DNA of 63,991 nucleotides, the filler included, from Octopus bimaculoides (lineage: Eukaryota), in the NCBI RefSeq assembly GCF_001194135.2. It is 7 parts of 7 records of this genome, joined end to end, with 100 filler letters (N's around TTAATTAATTAA, not from the genome) between each part and the next. Parts side by side here need not be neighbours in the genome. Positions count along the whole stretch, not along the records: positions 1 to 14,312 come from NC_069000.1; positions 14,413 to 40,645 come from NC_068983.1; 5 more parts are not named here. One strand, given 5' to 3'. Of the stretch, positions 13,723 to 27,248 are shown piece by piece. How positions within the stretch are numbered: the stretch's first letter is position 1; each line of letters begins with the position of its first letter. A program made the translations under genes and the position numbers. Below the pieces are notes generated by a model. That model was not told where the DNA came from. It saw nothing but the letters and a program-made list of their open reading frames with translations, and made no database searches.

Positions 13723-14114
13723 ACACACACTCGCACCGATATCTATATGTATACACACACACATGTGTAACATGACGGTGAGCTCATGTGGGACTGAATT
13801 TCGAACCCCACTTGTATTCTTCATTTGCATATATGCTGCACATTGACGGGAGTGCATTTCTTGATCGGGTACCTATGCCCAGGTATACATTTGTCTATGA
13901 GTACTCATATATAATTAGCGGTATAGGTATATGTCTGTATACTTGCAGTATACAAGCAGGAAACGCCAACTTTAAATAAGTCCCGAGTATTTTAAACCCA
14001 GAACCTGCCTTTACCTAGCGTCATACACGCTGGAATACATAAATTCTAACAAATCCTGTAACTTAACACAAACATCCACACACAGACACACACACACATA
14101 CATACATACATACA

Positions 14115-14146
<32 letters not shown>

Positions 14147-14312
14147 CATCTATGTATAGGTGTATATATAGGTGTATATAAATTTGAAATTAATAAAATA
14201 AGTAGACATCTTTAAAAAGTCTGGGGTCTGTGGGAAATCCATTTAAATGAAACGGGATCGTAGTTAGTGAAATGGTTGGGAACGACTAATACAAAGACTA
14301 CTAGACTACTAT

Positions 14313-14412
14313 NNNNNNNNNNNNNNNNNNNNNNNNNNNNNNNNNNNNNNNNNNNNTTAATTAATTAANNNNNNNNNNNNNNNNNNNNNNNNNNNNNNNN
14401 NNNNNNNNNNNN
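14313..14412. other. Artificial scaffold-join spacer N44-TTAATTAATTAA-N44; also at 40646-40745, 46366-46465, 56984-57083, 60574-60673 and 62627-62726
   Basis: Six identical 100 bp blocks with exactly 44 N on each side of TTAATTAATTAA, which has stop codons in all six frames. Confidence 0.95.
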
Positions 14413-17400
14413 ATATATGTATATATATACGTATATAAAAGTAATCTATTTCAATGCAATTCTTTACAGACAATGACAAAACTAATATATATCAATAAAG
14501 AATGGGATAATAAATTCAATTCTTCTTTTGCAAAATGTCTGTAGCAGAAAAAAAAAACAAATGAGAGAAAACAATGAATGTTCTTCCGAAGTTTGAATTC
14601 AGTTGTATTAACGAGAAGATTTCATGTTACATATTGAGTGTTTATTGCGACACTATACATTTACAAATAGATAAATACGGGGAAAAATATTAAGAAGACT
14701 TACGTTGTTTAAAATGGAAACAAAATCTTGACAGCAGGTCAAAGAGATATATGCCATTAATTACCATAAGACTTTGTTAATTTCTAATATTTACAAAGTT
14801 CAAATAGAATTTCACCTTTCTAATATTGTGCATCAAATATGCAGAAGTGTGGTGCATGAAACATTAGTTTGTTGTAACATTAACTTCTACAGTATTAATT
14901 GATCGACATTTCATTTTCTGCGTTATTACCGATTCTCAATTTTTTCCTTTTTCAGTCTATTTTTCAATGTGTCTGATCTACGTATCTAAATCATATACAG
15001 ACACACACACACACACACACATTCTCTCACCCTTTCTTTCTTACACCACATATGCATAGTTATATACTTGCGTGTACTTTTTCCTATCTGTGTATGTTTC
15101 CTGCTTTATATATACATACATACATACAAGAATACTTGTGTGTATTACCAATTTTTTAAAAAAGTAATAGTAACACGGAAATCTACAACATGATTTCTCT
15201 CCTGCTAATATCGGGCCGGAGTATTGTTCACTACGATATGGCATGATGGTGTAAATGTCAAGCCTAAAAAGCGACAACTGGCTTTCAATTTAGAAGAGGC
15301 CCTATTAAAATAATTGTCTTTTTTTTTCAGTGCGTCAAATGTTTGTGAAAAGAAAAGTACACTCGTCTATAGCAGTTCTTGTACATTTTACAACGTTTGG
15401 CAAAATACAAAAACATTATGATATATCAGTAAACGACATTAGTTAAGTGTATACAACATATTTTTTTCTGAAATGCCTCCCTCAATAAACTTGTAACTAA
15501 TAATATTCTGGATTAAAATATTCCCTATCTCTCTCCAATGATGGAATGCCTAACCGAACTGAAAATCTTTACTCAATAATATAAGATCCACATGCTTCGC
15601 TATTCTCGAAATATCTGTAAGAGACATTTAAAGAATAAGGCCTGAACGGTTAACGGTGTAGCTTCTTGGGTATTTCATAAAATGTAGGTCTCTGTTGTCA
15701 CGAACTGTTTCCACTGTGAACGTTGCAATATTTAAAGTTTTAGTAGTGTAACTTAGTTTTAATTCTGCATCAAGTCTAATACTTCTGCATTAGCAAATCC
15801 AACAGCAGCGGCGGTTAATTACACCCGACAAACATATAGTTAAAAACATTAGACCAAGAACGGTTAGTTTTGTGACAGCGGAAATTTGTCTTATTCCTAT
15901 TGATGCCATAATGGAAATGAGATGAAACGCTGAAGGACTGAGGAAGAAAAAGTTCTATACAATTACAGTCAGCTGAAGGTTCACCAGATTTTATAGGCAA
16001 TTCACTCCTTGACCTTAAAATAAATACACGCACACACTGGCACGCAAACAATCCCACACGCACACACATACAGATACTTATACACACGCACGCACATGCA
16101 CGTACAAGCGCACATACGCACACATGCACATGCACTCATGTGTTGGCGTGCATGCTGATATTTTTGTTGCCAGTTGGATTCAAACATTGATAGCAGTGAA
16201 GACGAGGGTTTAGGTGTCATGATTTGATCGGCCCACCATCACTAACATTAGATATTATTTATGGTGAACGGTATTTATATATGTTTATATATGTGTGTAT
16301 GTGTGCAACGGGATGATTGGCTTTCAAATCGTTAACTGCATAATTTGACCTTCACCAAAATGCACGTGACCATGGAAAGTGTAGTTTCAAGTCGTCAACA
16401 ATTTAAAACTACGTAATAGCTTTAAATAGCTTCGGTAACAGTGAAATTACAGACTGAAGAATATATGATACGGTGCTAGGAAAATAAAAACATACTAGAT
16501 TTGTTCTGTAATTTGAAATTTCTGTTCGAATTACTCCCGTTTGTATAGAGGAGATACAATAATCTCCACAATGACAATGAAGATATTAGCTAATTGGCAG
16601 ATATCCTTGCTATTAAGAAAATAATTACCAAAAATATTGAATGAATTTCCAAGGTATATAGAGCAATGAGCCTTCTTTTACTTTCATAGATTCGAACGAG
16701 AAAAACAATAACATTTCCCTCGTCTAAAAGAAATAAATTCTCCATAAATTTTTTTATATTTGTCTGAGCTTAGATTAATATATATCACAAAATTAGTTGC
16801 CCCAGATATCTGCGAGGAAGTAAATATGGAAAGAGTGCAGCAATGCATAGAAATATTCTGACATATCTAGTTGACAGATGCATAAAAACAATTGGAGACA
16901 TTGTTATCTTGCATCTAACATTCTAATACGAATTTATTTGACAAAACAATAATCAAAATAAGGTTTTAAATATGTTGGCAACGAATTTTTCTATATCGAT
17001 TATATTATACTTAGAGCTAATACTTGATTATAGATGAAACAGCTATGGCTATTTCGGTAGTATACGGGAAGCCGAACTTAATCTTTTAAGTAGAATTACT
17101 AAAAATATAGATATATTTTTATATATCATACAGGTTATCTTACAAGGGTCATCATAAAGGCTGGTAAAATATATTTACAACCCGGTGAAGTGTATGGTAA
17201 ACTATAATATGTAATTAAATAACGTTTTGCATGAAACCACAAAGGAAAGTATTTTATGGAATATAATTTATGAGTTAGTGAACATTATGTTTACTATCTT
17301 TGGATTAAATGCAAAATCTAACCCAGTAGGAGGTAACATATTTCTACAGTCATTTGGTTTTCACTGTATTTTCAGCGGTAATTCTATCACAATTGAAATA

Positions 17401-19640
17401 GCTGAGCATTATTATTGAAATAAGTATGATAAAACGCCGATGAGACCAATATATACTATGGACAAAGATGTGTTTATTCAATAACACTTTTATCAATATG
17501 CTGTGCAAAAACTGCACATTAAGGTTATTTACAAAATGATGTGAGTTGGGAAGATGTAATGCGGAGGGTAAAACAATTTACGGCTACATTATTATAAGTA
17601 AAAAGAGTATCAAAACATTATAGAAAGACTTCGATGATGCATTTAGCTTACCTGAAAATATGGAGGAATTATATTATGATGTCAGAAATAAAAGGAAATA
17701 TGCACACAGGAACATAACAAAACCGAATGGAGGACTGATTTATGAAAATGCCAATAAATGCCAATAATACTCTATGGTGCTGTTCAAGAAACAAAGAGCA
17801 CAAATGATAATGCCACTGTTATCAATATTTGACAGCATAGGAATGCTGATCTACATCCAAATCCTACGAATTATGTATGATATTCTTACATTCTTGTATT
17901 CTGGAATATTATTATCTCATGGGACTTAGACAATAGGACTGCGAATCATGCTGATTGATACACAGCAGATGGCTATTTTGACACTCCTTTCTGCTAAAAT
18001 TCAACTTACATTAGGGATTTTTATTTAAAATTCTCTGTCTTAGATTTTGTACATTTACATCAAACACACTCTCGAGGAAACATTCTTTTGCTGTGCTTAG
18101 CAAAATCAAAAATACTTAACAAATTACATTAATCTGTACAAGTATTGCGGCATCATTAGACCGATTTTGTTGACCTTTTTATATGTTTATTGTTATAGGT
18201 AAATAATATAGGTTGAAAAATATTGAGCTGCGGTGCTACCAATATGATATCCTTTGCAAAAAGATCGAAAACAGGAGTGACGTTCATTAAATTCCTTATG
18301 TTATTAAGTGCCTCAAGTCATTAAGTTTTTCTGAAACTAAAATCGGGTGATGTGTTTTGGTTTGAGATGAAGGGAGGAACGTGTTTTCTTGAAGGCTTAC
18401 ATTTGAACTTCGAATATCTTGCGGTATTTCGTCCGCAACTTTGCACTTTCAGTTCAGAATGTTGAGTTCAAAACGTACTTATTTGTCTCTTTCACTCACC
18501 GTTGGATAGGCTGTGAAAAGTTTCAAGGATACCTCTCTCAGTATTTTCGATGTCAGGGATGAGAAAGTTAAGACACTTTACTAAATTAATCATAAATATT
18601 CTGAGAGCGCGAACAAGTCCCCCGTAATCCAACAGTTGAAGTTTTTTAGACGATGACGATTCTGCTACTGTGTGCACCTATCACTGACATGACCAGTCTT
18701 CATATCCACCATATTACCTCACAATAATTTCAATAGATATACACATAGAACGGATAATACACAAAAGAAGCAAACACTTCATACACGTGAATACATTGGA
18801 AATACAACTTATGAACAGGTTAAAAAAACAATTAAGTTGTTCAGAGTTTATGTCTGAATAAACAGACTGTATCGGGTACATCAAAAATTAATTCCATTAT
18901 TGTTATCGGACTTGTTATAAAGGTAGTGGACATCGTTATGACAAAGAAATGTTACACTAAATAATTTCTATTATTTCTTTTCATCTCTTTATGTGTCTAG
19001 TTCAAATCCTGTGTAAATGAACGTTGCTTTTTGTTTTCTCGTAATCCAAAAAGTAACTCTAAGCCTTTGTATGAAATTTGTGTTATTATTTACTCCTGAT
19101 GAACCTAGTAATACTATTTGTGATTAGTTTTCTTTTAAATAAGATGAAGCAAAAACAGAGAAATCGTCACGCGAAATACAACCAAAAAATAGTTGAAAAG
19201 GTATTGGCGTATAGAAGGAAAATGAACCCGACTCATATATGTACAAATAGGTTTTGGAATTTACAATGTAACAATTATTTGCAACGTAAATTTAATTATG
19301 GTTGTTGTTGATTTATGTGTAGGTTGATACATCCTCATAGAAATTGACACTCAGTTTATAGAAATTACAATAACGTACAAATCCCTAGTTTCTAGTTTGC
19401 TAGATTTTCATTATAGATATTTTGTTTGCTATGATTGCTTCAGTAATAATCTGCTTTTATGCTTTATCCTCCTCGTGTCCTGTAAATGTAAGTGAATATA
19501 ACGTCATTTTTATCGGAAATAGATTTCTTTATTAGCCACACAGGGCTCTAATGTCATATCAAATGAAGACAACCCACTTCTGAATATCCGATTACTTGTT
19601 TACAGTCGTAATATTCAGTATTTTGGTGGCATACACACAG

Positions 19641-19993
19641 AATATATTCCTGGTCAAACCTCAGGTATACAATGATATAATAGTTACACTATAGAGCGGA
19701 GGTAGATATGAATTATTTTCCTGAAGAGAAGTATTTTATGTGTTAGATCTACATTTCCTTTGAAACCGAATCAGGATCGCCGTAGTGACAAAGCTGTAGT
19801 GAGGTATAAATAGACAAAATATATTCCTGGTCAAACCTCAGGTATACAATGATATAATAGTCACACTATAACAGCGGAGGTAGATATGATTTTTTTTTCC
19901 TGAAGAGATGTATTTTGTATGCCAGATCTACAATTCCTTGGAAACCGAATCAGGATCGCCGTAGTGACAAAGACGTAGTTAGGTATAAATAGA
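19641..19993. repeat. Direct tandem duplication of about 175 bp (period 177)
   Basis: AATATATTCCTGGTCAAACCTCAGGTATACAATGATATAATAG...GAAACCGAATCAGGATCGCCGTAGTGACAAAG...AGGTATAAATAGA occurs at 19641-19814 and 19818-19993 with scattered substitutions. Confidence 0.93.
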
Positions 19994-22094
19994 TTGGATG
20001 AAATGGACGATATAATGTTGAGTAGATTTTGAGCTATAAATCAAAACAAACTGGATTATGTAGCTAGCTGCTTCAATCGACCTGTGCAGATTTTCTGCTG
20101 AGCTGTAGAAGACGATTGAATAACACACTAGTGTTTTGTTTTCTTTCTACAGATACATTGTTATGTTGATTATTTATGTAAGAAGTCCGATTAGAATTTT
20201 ACTGTAATTTTGATCAGTTATATTACTGGCTGAAGCTATCATGCTCATTTATATTATACACATGCAAGGCGCCGAGTGTCGCCCAATAAACTGACGACTG
20301 GGAATACAAATCATTGTGATAGGTATACTTATGATTTGTTAAATGAACAGCCTCTCTCAGGAATTACACATTTTTTTACTGATTCAGTAAAACTGATGTA
20401 ATTAATGTCCTTAGGTAAAAATGAATCTCACAGTTACTTTGCGATTTAATGCTGCAGTTTTTTCTGACAGATTCTTATGAATTTTTGTAGCGTTGTTTTC
20501 ATTGCTATTATCATAGGCTCTTTAAAACGTTTTCCACCAAGCTTTATAGAAGTTAGATAAGCAGTCATATGCCAAATATGAAAAGAAAACGTTCATTTAT
20601 CTTTTTGTTCAATTTGATTTAATGTGTAAACGGAGCTGCAGTGGAAATATTCCTCTTCAACAACATGGGGAATTATTCCATTAGATTATTTCATTTTTTC
20701 TATAGATTTTTTCTCTGAAAACGTCTTTCCTCGTTTTTGATTTACCTTCTAATTATTTTTCTGTTATTTCTATTCTTCATAGATTATAGCTTTCTTTTGT
20801 AATTCCTTTTCCTGTACTCGTTGTTGATAATAACAATGGTAGTGATGATAGTGACGAACGATTTGTTGTAGTAGTAACTGCAACATTTATATTTTGTAAA
20901 CGTTTTTGGTTTCTAGCTTTGCATGTTATTTTCAGTTCTCCATAAATGCTTGGTTAACCATGAGATTAAAAAGAAAACCACGCGATTGGAAGATATCTCA
21001 AATGAATGAGTGGCGTTATGTTTAAAGTGGGAGAGAAATTGGAACGTTTCTAAGAATATAAAAACAACGAAGAAAATAAATCGTACCGCAAAAGTGTAAT
21101 GCATGAAATTGACCAAAGAAATATAGAGGAGATAAAATGTTAAGAGGCTATCTGATGCAGTAAAATATAAAATATAGTCAATGTGTAGTACAAACTCTCG
21201 TTATTATTAAATATAATTACAGATTAAAATTTCAGCTATGTGCTTTGCTACAATGGGCTTCGATCTAACTGTTCTGAATACTTAATATAAATATTTTGAA
21301 AATTGAACAGAAGCTGGTTCGTTTACTACTATCACGCAAGTGAATCAAAGGGATATATTCGTCTCTCTCAGACGCCAAATGTAAGTATAAGTGTTGTTAG
21401 AACAATATTTGAAGAGTAGTCGTCAAAAAACGATATTAAACCAGACCGTCTATATTTTTTTATACAATTTGTTTGATAGAGAAATAAAATTTCTGTTTTT
21501 CACATGCCTCAATAGATTAATTCACATTCTTACAATTTCTAACTGCAACATTCGTTGATACAATGAATGCAAAGAAGTTTCTAAACTTACAGCAATAAGT
21601 ATGAAATGTTTTATTTATCCAGTGACAGATGTAAAAAGTGAAATATAATGATTTATATTTCGGTGAAACGTTGTAATTCCATACCAGAATCTTTACACAG
21701 AATGAATAGAGCCAGAAAGTATTCAGAAATATTACCTCCCTAAAAAGTATAAAGTTCATATAAATATGTAACCCAAAATTAAAAGCAGAACTGATCTGGG
21801 AATAACGATATGTTGCATTTTTAAATAACCTGAAGTGTTTCTTCTGTAAGTGTGAGGTGAATATTTGGTAACTAGTACACAAATAGGTAGAATGGAACCT
21901 ATGTAAGAACCCGTGTTTTGAAGGAAGAGAATATATTAGGTTTGAAAGCAAAGAATATTATTTATCGTAGTCTATATAATATTATATGATGAATGCTCCC
22001 GTCGAAAACCACGTATGAGTGTTTAGGTTTTTGACGCTCGACCTTCACAAATGATTCATTTATAGTGATCGAATGTTCGCGCAGCACATGTGCT

Positions 22095-22290
22095 CACTCT
22101 CTCCATCAAGTTGTCTGAACAGGTGCATGATGTACCACATGCCAAGAGTCGAAGTGATAGCAGAGCAACATGAGATGAAGTTTCTTGCTCAAGAACAAAA
22201 TGCACCACCCGCTCAAGGGATTAAAACCACGACCTCGCGGTCGTGAAGGTAACACCCTAACGGCTGGGCCATATGCGCTCATAAAAACAT
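22095..22290 (-). mobile_element. SINE family C fragment
   Basis: Reverse complement has a tRNA-like head (GGCCCAGCCGTTAGGGTGTT...GGTCGTGGTTTTAATCCC) and TTCTTGAGCAAGAAACTTCATCTCATGTTGCTC, similar to 62815-63118. Confidence 0.6.
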
Positions 22291-23029
22291 TAACAGCAGG
22301 CGCCTACGGGAATCGAAACCCTACACCTCAGATTCCGACTGAATACTCATTCATTAAGCTGACGGTAAGTGAATATTCGTATAATTCATGCATGATATTA
22401 AACAGCTTCATCGAAATAAATATGCCTTAAACAATTATCAGATTTTAGTTACTGACATGTCTGATATTATTTTCCGGCATGTATAGTAGGACAAACCACA
22501 TATTCTTTGGCCTGAATCCAAAATTTCATTATTGTAGATGGGAAACATACATAATATAAGTATAGAGTGCATGATGATACATAAAAAGAAAACATGCGTA
22601 CACTCACATAAATAGTGAGAAAGGGTAAGATAAATAGATTGATACATAGGGAAAACTGTAGACATACATACAAATGTGCGTACGTACATAAGTATTTCCA
22701 TACGTGTCTATGTATGCATATAGATAGATAGATGGCTAGATAGTTAGATACATGCATACATACGATATTAGATAACAACGGAATAGGCATTACGTTGTCA
22801 GCTTCAGTCGCTTACAGGTGTTTCTGCTAGAGGTTGCAGTGTGCTCAGAGTCAGTACTTCATATGTTACAGCAGGAATAGCAGTAAGCTAATGAAGTTGA
22901 TTACGTAATTCTTATTCTATTTTCAGTATTTATATTACATTCGTTACTCAACTAATATACACTTTATGAAGCATATATATATTGAGTTGTAGACCGGGTT
23001 CTTATGAGCAAACAAAAACTTAATACATA

Positions 23030-23722
23030 CCAGGGGCTGCCCCAAAGAAACTGGAATTTTGCAATGTTATTTTATTCACTTAATTTTACTTGTTTACACT
23101 TGTATTGTCTTCAAAATATTCTTCATTTGAAACAATACATTGGTCCAGACACGTTTACCACTGTTCCAAGCAGTGCTGGATCTCTTGCAAAGTGATGACT
23201 TTTAACTCCTCTATCGTTTTTTGTTCAGTTTTTCCACATCTGCACATTCCGTAGCACCAGCTCTTGTCAGCACTAATGACCTTCGAAAACAAAGGTCCGG
23301 ATCTATTTCCAACTGTTCTTTGCTACAACATTTTTCAATCGCAATTCCTCGCTCAGAATTCATTGTCAGGAGCTCCAGGACACAACAGTCGTATCAACAA
23401 GTTCCTGACAGGTTCATGACAAGTTTTGCTCATAACAGCGTTCTTGTAATTATAACAACTGTTTAGGCTGCCGCCGTTCTGTGCAGCAGGAAATAGAATT
23501 TCATGGAAGCAGGCTGTTCCTTCGTTTCAATCATCTCCAAAACCGACGAACAGGAGGGAAGCATTACAAAGAAAAGACGCAGCACGTGGATTATACTAGA
23601 CGAAACAGATCGACAGACTGATGCCTTAGGGTCGCATCAGGTGGTTTCTAGCGTTAGAAACCTGAACTGCAATGGGCATGTCCCGCAGAGAACGTTTCCA
23701 GTTACTTTGCGGTATCCCCTCG
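23030..23722 (-). mobile_element. Internally deleted mariner (Tc1/mariner) element with TIRs and TA flanks
   Basis: Left TA-CCAGGGGCTGCCCCAAAGAAACTGGAA versus reverse complement of right end TA-CGAGGGGATACCGCAAAGTAACTGGAA. Internal minus-strand remnant DPD..VISADKSWCYG resembles mariner VITGDESWCYG. Confidence 0.85.
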
Positions 23723-24264
23723 TATATGTGTGTGTGTTGTGTGTGTTGTGCGTGTGAGTGTGTGGTGCGTGCGAGTGTATGCGTGTATATGTGTGAGTGT
23801 GTAAAATACCAACACACTCGGCGCTTCAAAAGTTTTTGTTGATAAAATATTCTCACATTCGAAAAGCTATTTTTTAACAGGGTGTTTGATTTCACGTTGC
23901 TGCCTACTGGTAGCTTCACACCACCCCCACTATCATCTAAGGGTAAATACGCAATCGTGCCCGGCTTTTTTCACAGATATATCGTCATAGAAATTTTCAT
24001 ATAAATTGAAGTAACTGCGAACAAGGGTTATACTCAGGCTCTCTCTATATTTTATTTCTTACTCCAGGGTAGACTGCAGGTAGATATTACACAGGTAGAT
24101 AAATATTAAGTAATCTCATCGTATTTAATCTAACTTGGAGTCGTGTTCTTAAGTCAATGTATCAATAAAAGTAAGAAATAATATACGTGTTCAAACAATT
24201 TGATGTTGATATTAGAACTCCGATACATTTATTGCGAAATATATTAGACGTTCTAGTATATTTA

Positions 24265-24400
24265 ACTGGTTAGCTGTATTTACGTTTTGAGTTCAAATTC
24301 CGCCTTGGTCGATTTTGCCTTTCATCGTTTCGATGTCGTTATAAGAACCAGCTGAGCACTGGGGTCGATGTAATTTCCTAGCCATCCTCTCACAAAACTT
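24265..24400 (+). mobile_element. SINE family A, degraded
   Basis: TTACGTTTTGAGTTCAAATTCCGCCTTGGTCGATTTTGCCTTTCATCGTTTCG...GAGCACTGGGGTCGATGTAAT. Confidence 0.8.
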
Positions 24401-26238
24401 TGAGCCCCATGTGTATAGTTGCAGGTAATATATTTAATTGATAGTAAGAAACATGATATAGCGAAGATAAAATAATTGTTAGTCAATTAGAATATACCTA
24501 TGAACTCTGGCTCGTTTAAATTATATTCGTATTTTACTCTTGAGCCAATTACTAACAAATTATTGAATGATATGTAAACTTGCAAGTGTTGAACCTTAAT
24601 TTTGATGCATAACGTGTTACTAAGTCTTTATTGTAAATATATCACAAAACCCACATCTGAAACCGCAGCAAACACCTTCATTGATTTGTCAAGCTAATAA
24701 ATGTTTCCGGGGGTTTTGGAGTAATACGTTTACAGTATGGTATGAGACATTCTGTCTTTATAAGTTATTAATATTATCAAATCTTCATTCATGGTCATCA
24801 CTCATTTAACAGTCTTGTTGTAATCACGAAAGAATTTCCTTTTCCATATTACATAATTCAGATAGTAAAGAAAAAGGTGGACTTCATGCTATATAATTTA
24901 ATTAGCATTTTCCACTTCAGATCATGTCTTACGACTCCTACTGTAATCGCTGTAGCTACACGCAATATATAACTATTGTTATAACCATTCACATCGAATT
25001 TATTTTCCATTTATCCAACCTCATATATGATGTGGTACAAAGGCGGATATAAGTGTCCAATATGTGTGTACTTGTGCCTACATAAGAAATGATTGATGCA
25101 CCTGAATATGTCCTAGACAATTTTAATACTGACGTTATAACCAAAATAATAAATGAAAATGTAGAACTTTGCTTCCTGCGTCTATTTCTTTCAGTGAGTG
25201 GTATGCTTTTATGAGGGATTCTTCGGGAGAGTATGCAACACTTGACATTTTTTGCCATTCCTCGAATATTTTTCCGTTTTTTTTTTCAACAGCATACTAT
25301 CATCTTAGACAAGCAGTACGGCAACAACAATCTTCTATTCAGAGTACAAAAACTCGGCATAAACACCCCCGTAAAATTCAAAATTGCGTAATGCTGATAT
25401 ATTATTTTATCGACCACATGGTGATCAAAGCCAAATGAAGTTGATATGAGTGGAGCATGAACTCACAATACAGAACAAAACAATGCATGTATATGCATTT
25501 CATGAACACACTAATGATTCTGCTAAAGCACCATTTACATATTATACAAATACTTATTTCCTTAACAGAAGATATTAATGGTAACAGTAGCTTCATTATT
25601 TACAAAAAAAAAAATTAGTTTTCCTGAGACTGTTACAAATAAATATATCTTCCGGCTTTAGTTAACGCTAAAATATTAAAGCTAAAGTAGAGGCTGCATA
25701 ACTCTTTCATTTCATTTTGCTTACACAGACTATTTTGCTTATTTCTTATCAATAACATAATGATTATTAAGGCGCACAATTTACACAAAGAAGAACTGGC
25801 TATATATAAATGTATGCATTGATTGAATAAGGGGGAATCAACATATCTGAAAATGGGAAAAAATAAGTGATATGGAATCATCGAACATTTAGAATAACAC
25901 CAAGGGAATAAATCAATCCAAATGATAACCGAACAGTTCAGCTCTTTTGTGCTCATGCTGGATGTAATTCTTATTTCGTTTTCCTCGAACATGATTCAAT
26001 GCATTATTGCAATCATTTTACCGATTCATTTGTCTTTTAGATCCAATGAAATAACTCCTGAAATAGGTACACACAGATACACAGATATTTTATTATATAT
26101 ACTAATTCAAAACGACTGCTCATTTTGTAACTGAAGCAGATGCATTTTTCTTGAAATATATATGTGTGTGTGTGTGTATGCGTGCGTGTGTGTGTGCGTG
26201 CGTGTGTGTGTGCGTGCGTGCGTGTGCGTATCTGTGTA

Positions 26239-26273
<35 letters not shown>

Positions 26274-26299
26274 GAATATATATGAATATATAAATGTAT

Positions 26300-27246
26300 G
26301 TGTAATGTTTCAATGTACACAAACAACACGGAACAATAGACAAAAAGTTACCAGGGTAGCAAAAATTCACATAGGTACAAAGGATGTGACAGCCTACTTA
26401 AAATGTAGAAAATCCAGGGTTAAGTGAAATGCTTTTGAATAACATAGATAAATAAATAAATAAGTAAAGTTAAACGCAGGTGTTATTCAAATCTTCATAC
26501 TTCCGACACATATTTCGAACAAAACATATGTATAAACGTAGAGTAATGGTTAGATATTGTTTTGGAAAACTGAGATGAAAATCTACATATGCAAAAAAGA
26601 ACGTCAGAACCAGAAGTAATTTTACATTGATAAACAGAATTTCTAGTCTTAGAATTACTGCTAAGGAAACGAATGCGATTGGAATTTATATCAGATATAC
26701 TAATATTGTATGTTATTATTGTAGAAAGAATGGTTAGTGTTAATAATATCAATGTTATTATTTTCATTAATTGGATTTGCATTTGACAACTAATTGTTAT
26801 GCAAGGAGATGATTTGTGAAAGGTTTTTGGTGCTTGGAAACCTATTCTGATTCTATGTGAATTGATAATCGAATAGTACCTTGAATTGTGGGGAAATTCT
26901 TATCTATAGCTTCACGGAACTGATAAGGGATGTTGGATTTTACGTGCTTACCATATGGCATTATCAACCAAACAGTTTTGTTTGGACACACCTTGTTATT
27001 AGAGTAATTATCTTTAAAAGTCCTAGATGTAATTTTATAACGGTTATCTCCCTTACACTGCAACATCAATTTTTTCGATGTAGCGTTGTTATTCAAACTA
27101 AAATTTATATTGTTACTACCGTTATGCCGTGATTTCATATCGTCATTAATAGAAGTATAATTAATGTCAATTGGGTTAATATAGGTAATTTTTCGGTTAT
27201 AGACTGCTTTAAGCAAGGCAGAGTTATAAATTTCGGCTTTATCCAC
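26300..27246 (-). mobile_element. Penelope-like element, C-terminal part (RT thumb and GIY-YIG region), decayed
   Basis: DKAEIYNSALLKAVYNRKITYINP, VWLIMPYGKHVKSNIPYQFREAIDKNFP (like IWFNPPYSKNVKTNIG..F..LIDKHFP) and SVYQCKITSGSD...NHYSTF...SKYV (GIY-YIG-like). Low boundary approximate. Confidence 0.8.
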
Positions 27247-27248
27247 AT

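Noticed and set aside
20750-20960. Ser/Thr-rich minus-strand frame as a candidate PDE terminal exon
   Set aside because: No good acceptor, no PDE motif, and the intervening exons were not found.
25130-25300. Minus-strand frame YAVEKKNGKIFEEWQKMSSVAYSPEESLIKAYHSLKEID as a candidate exon
   Set aside because: Weak acceptor, no clear donor and no family match.
25633-25992. 119 aa hydrophobic ORF that might be a receptor fragment
   Set aside because: No recognisable GPCR or ligand-gated channel motif; AT-rich antisense frames are often hydrophobic by chance.
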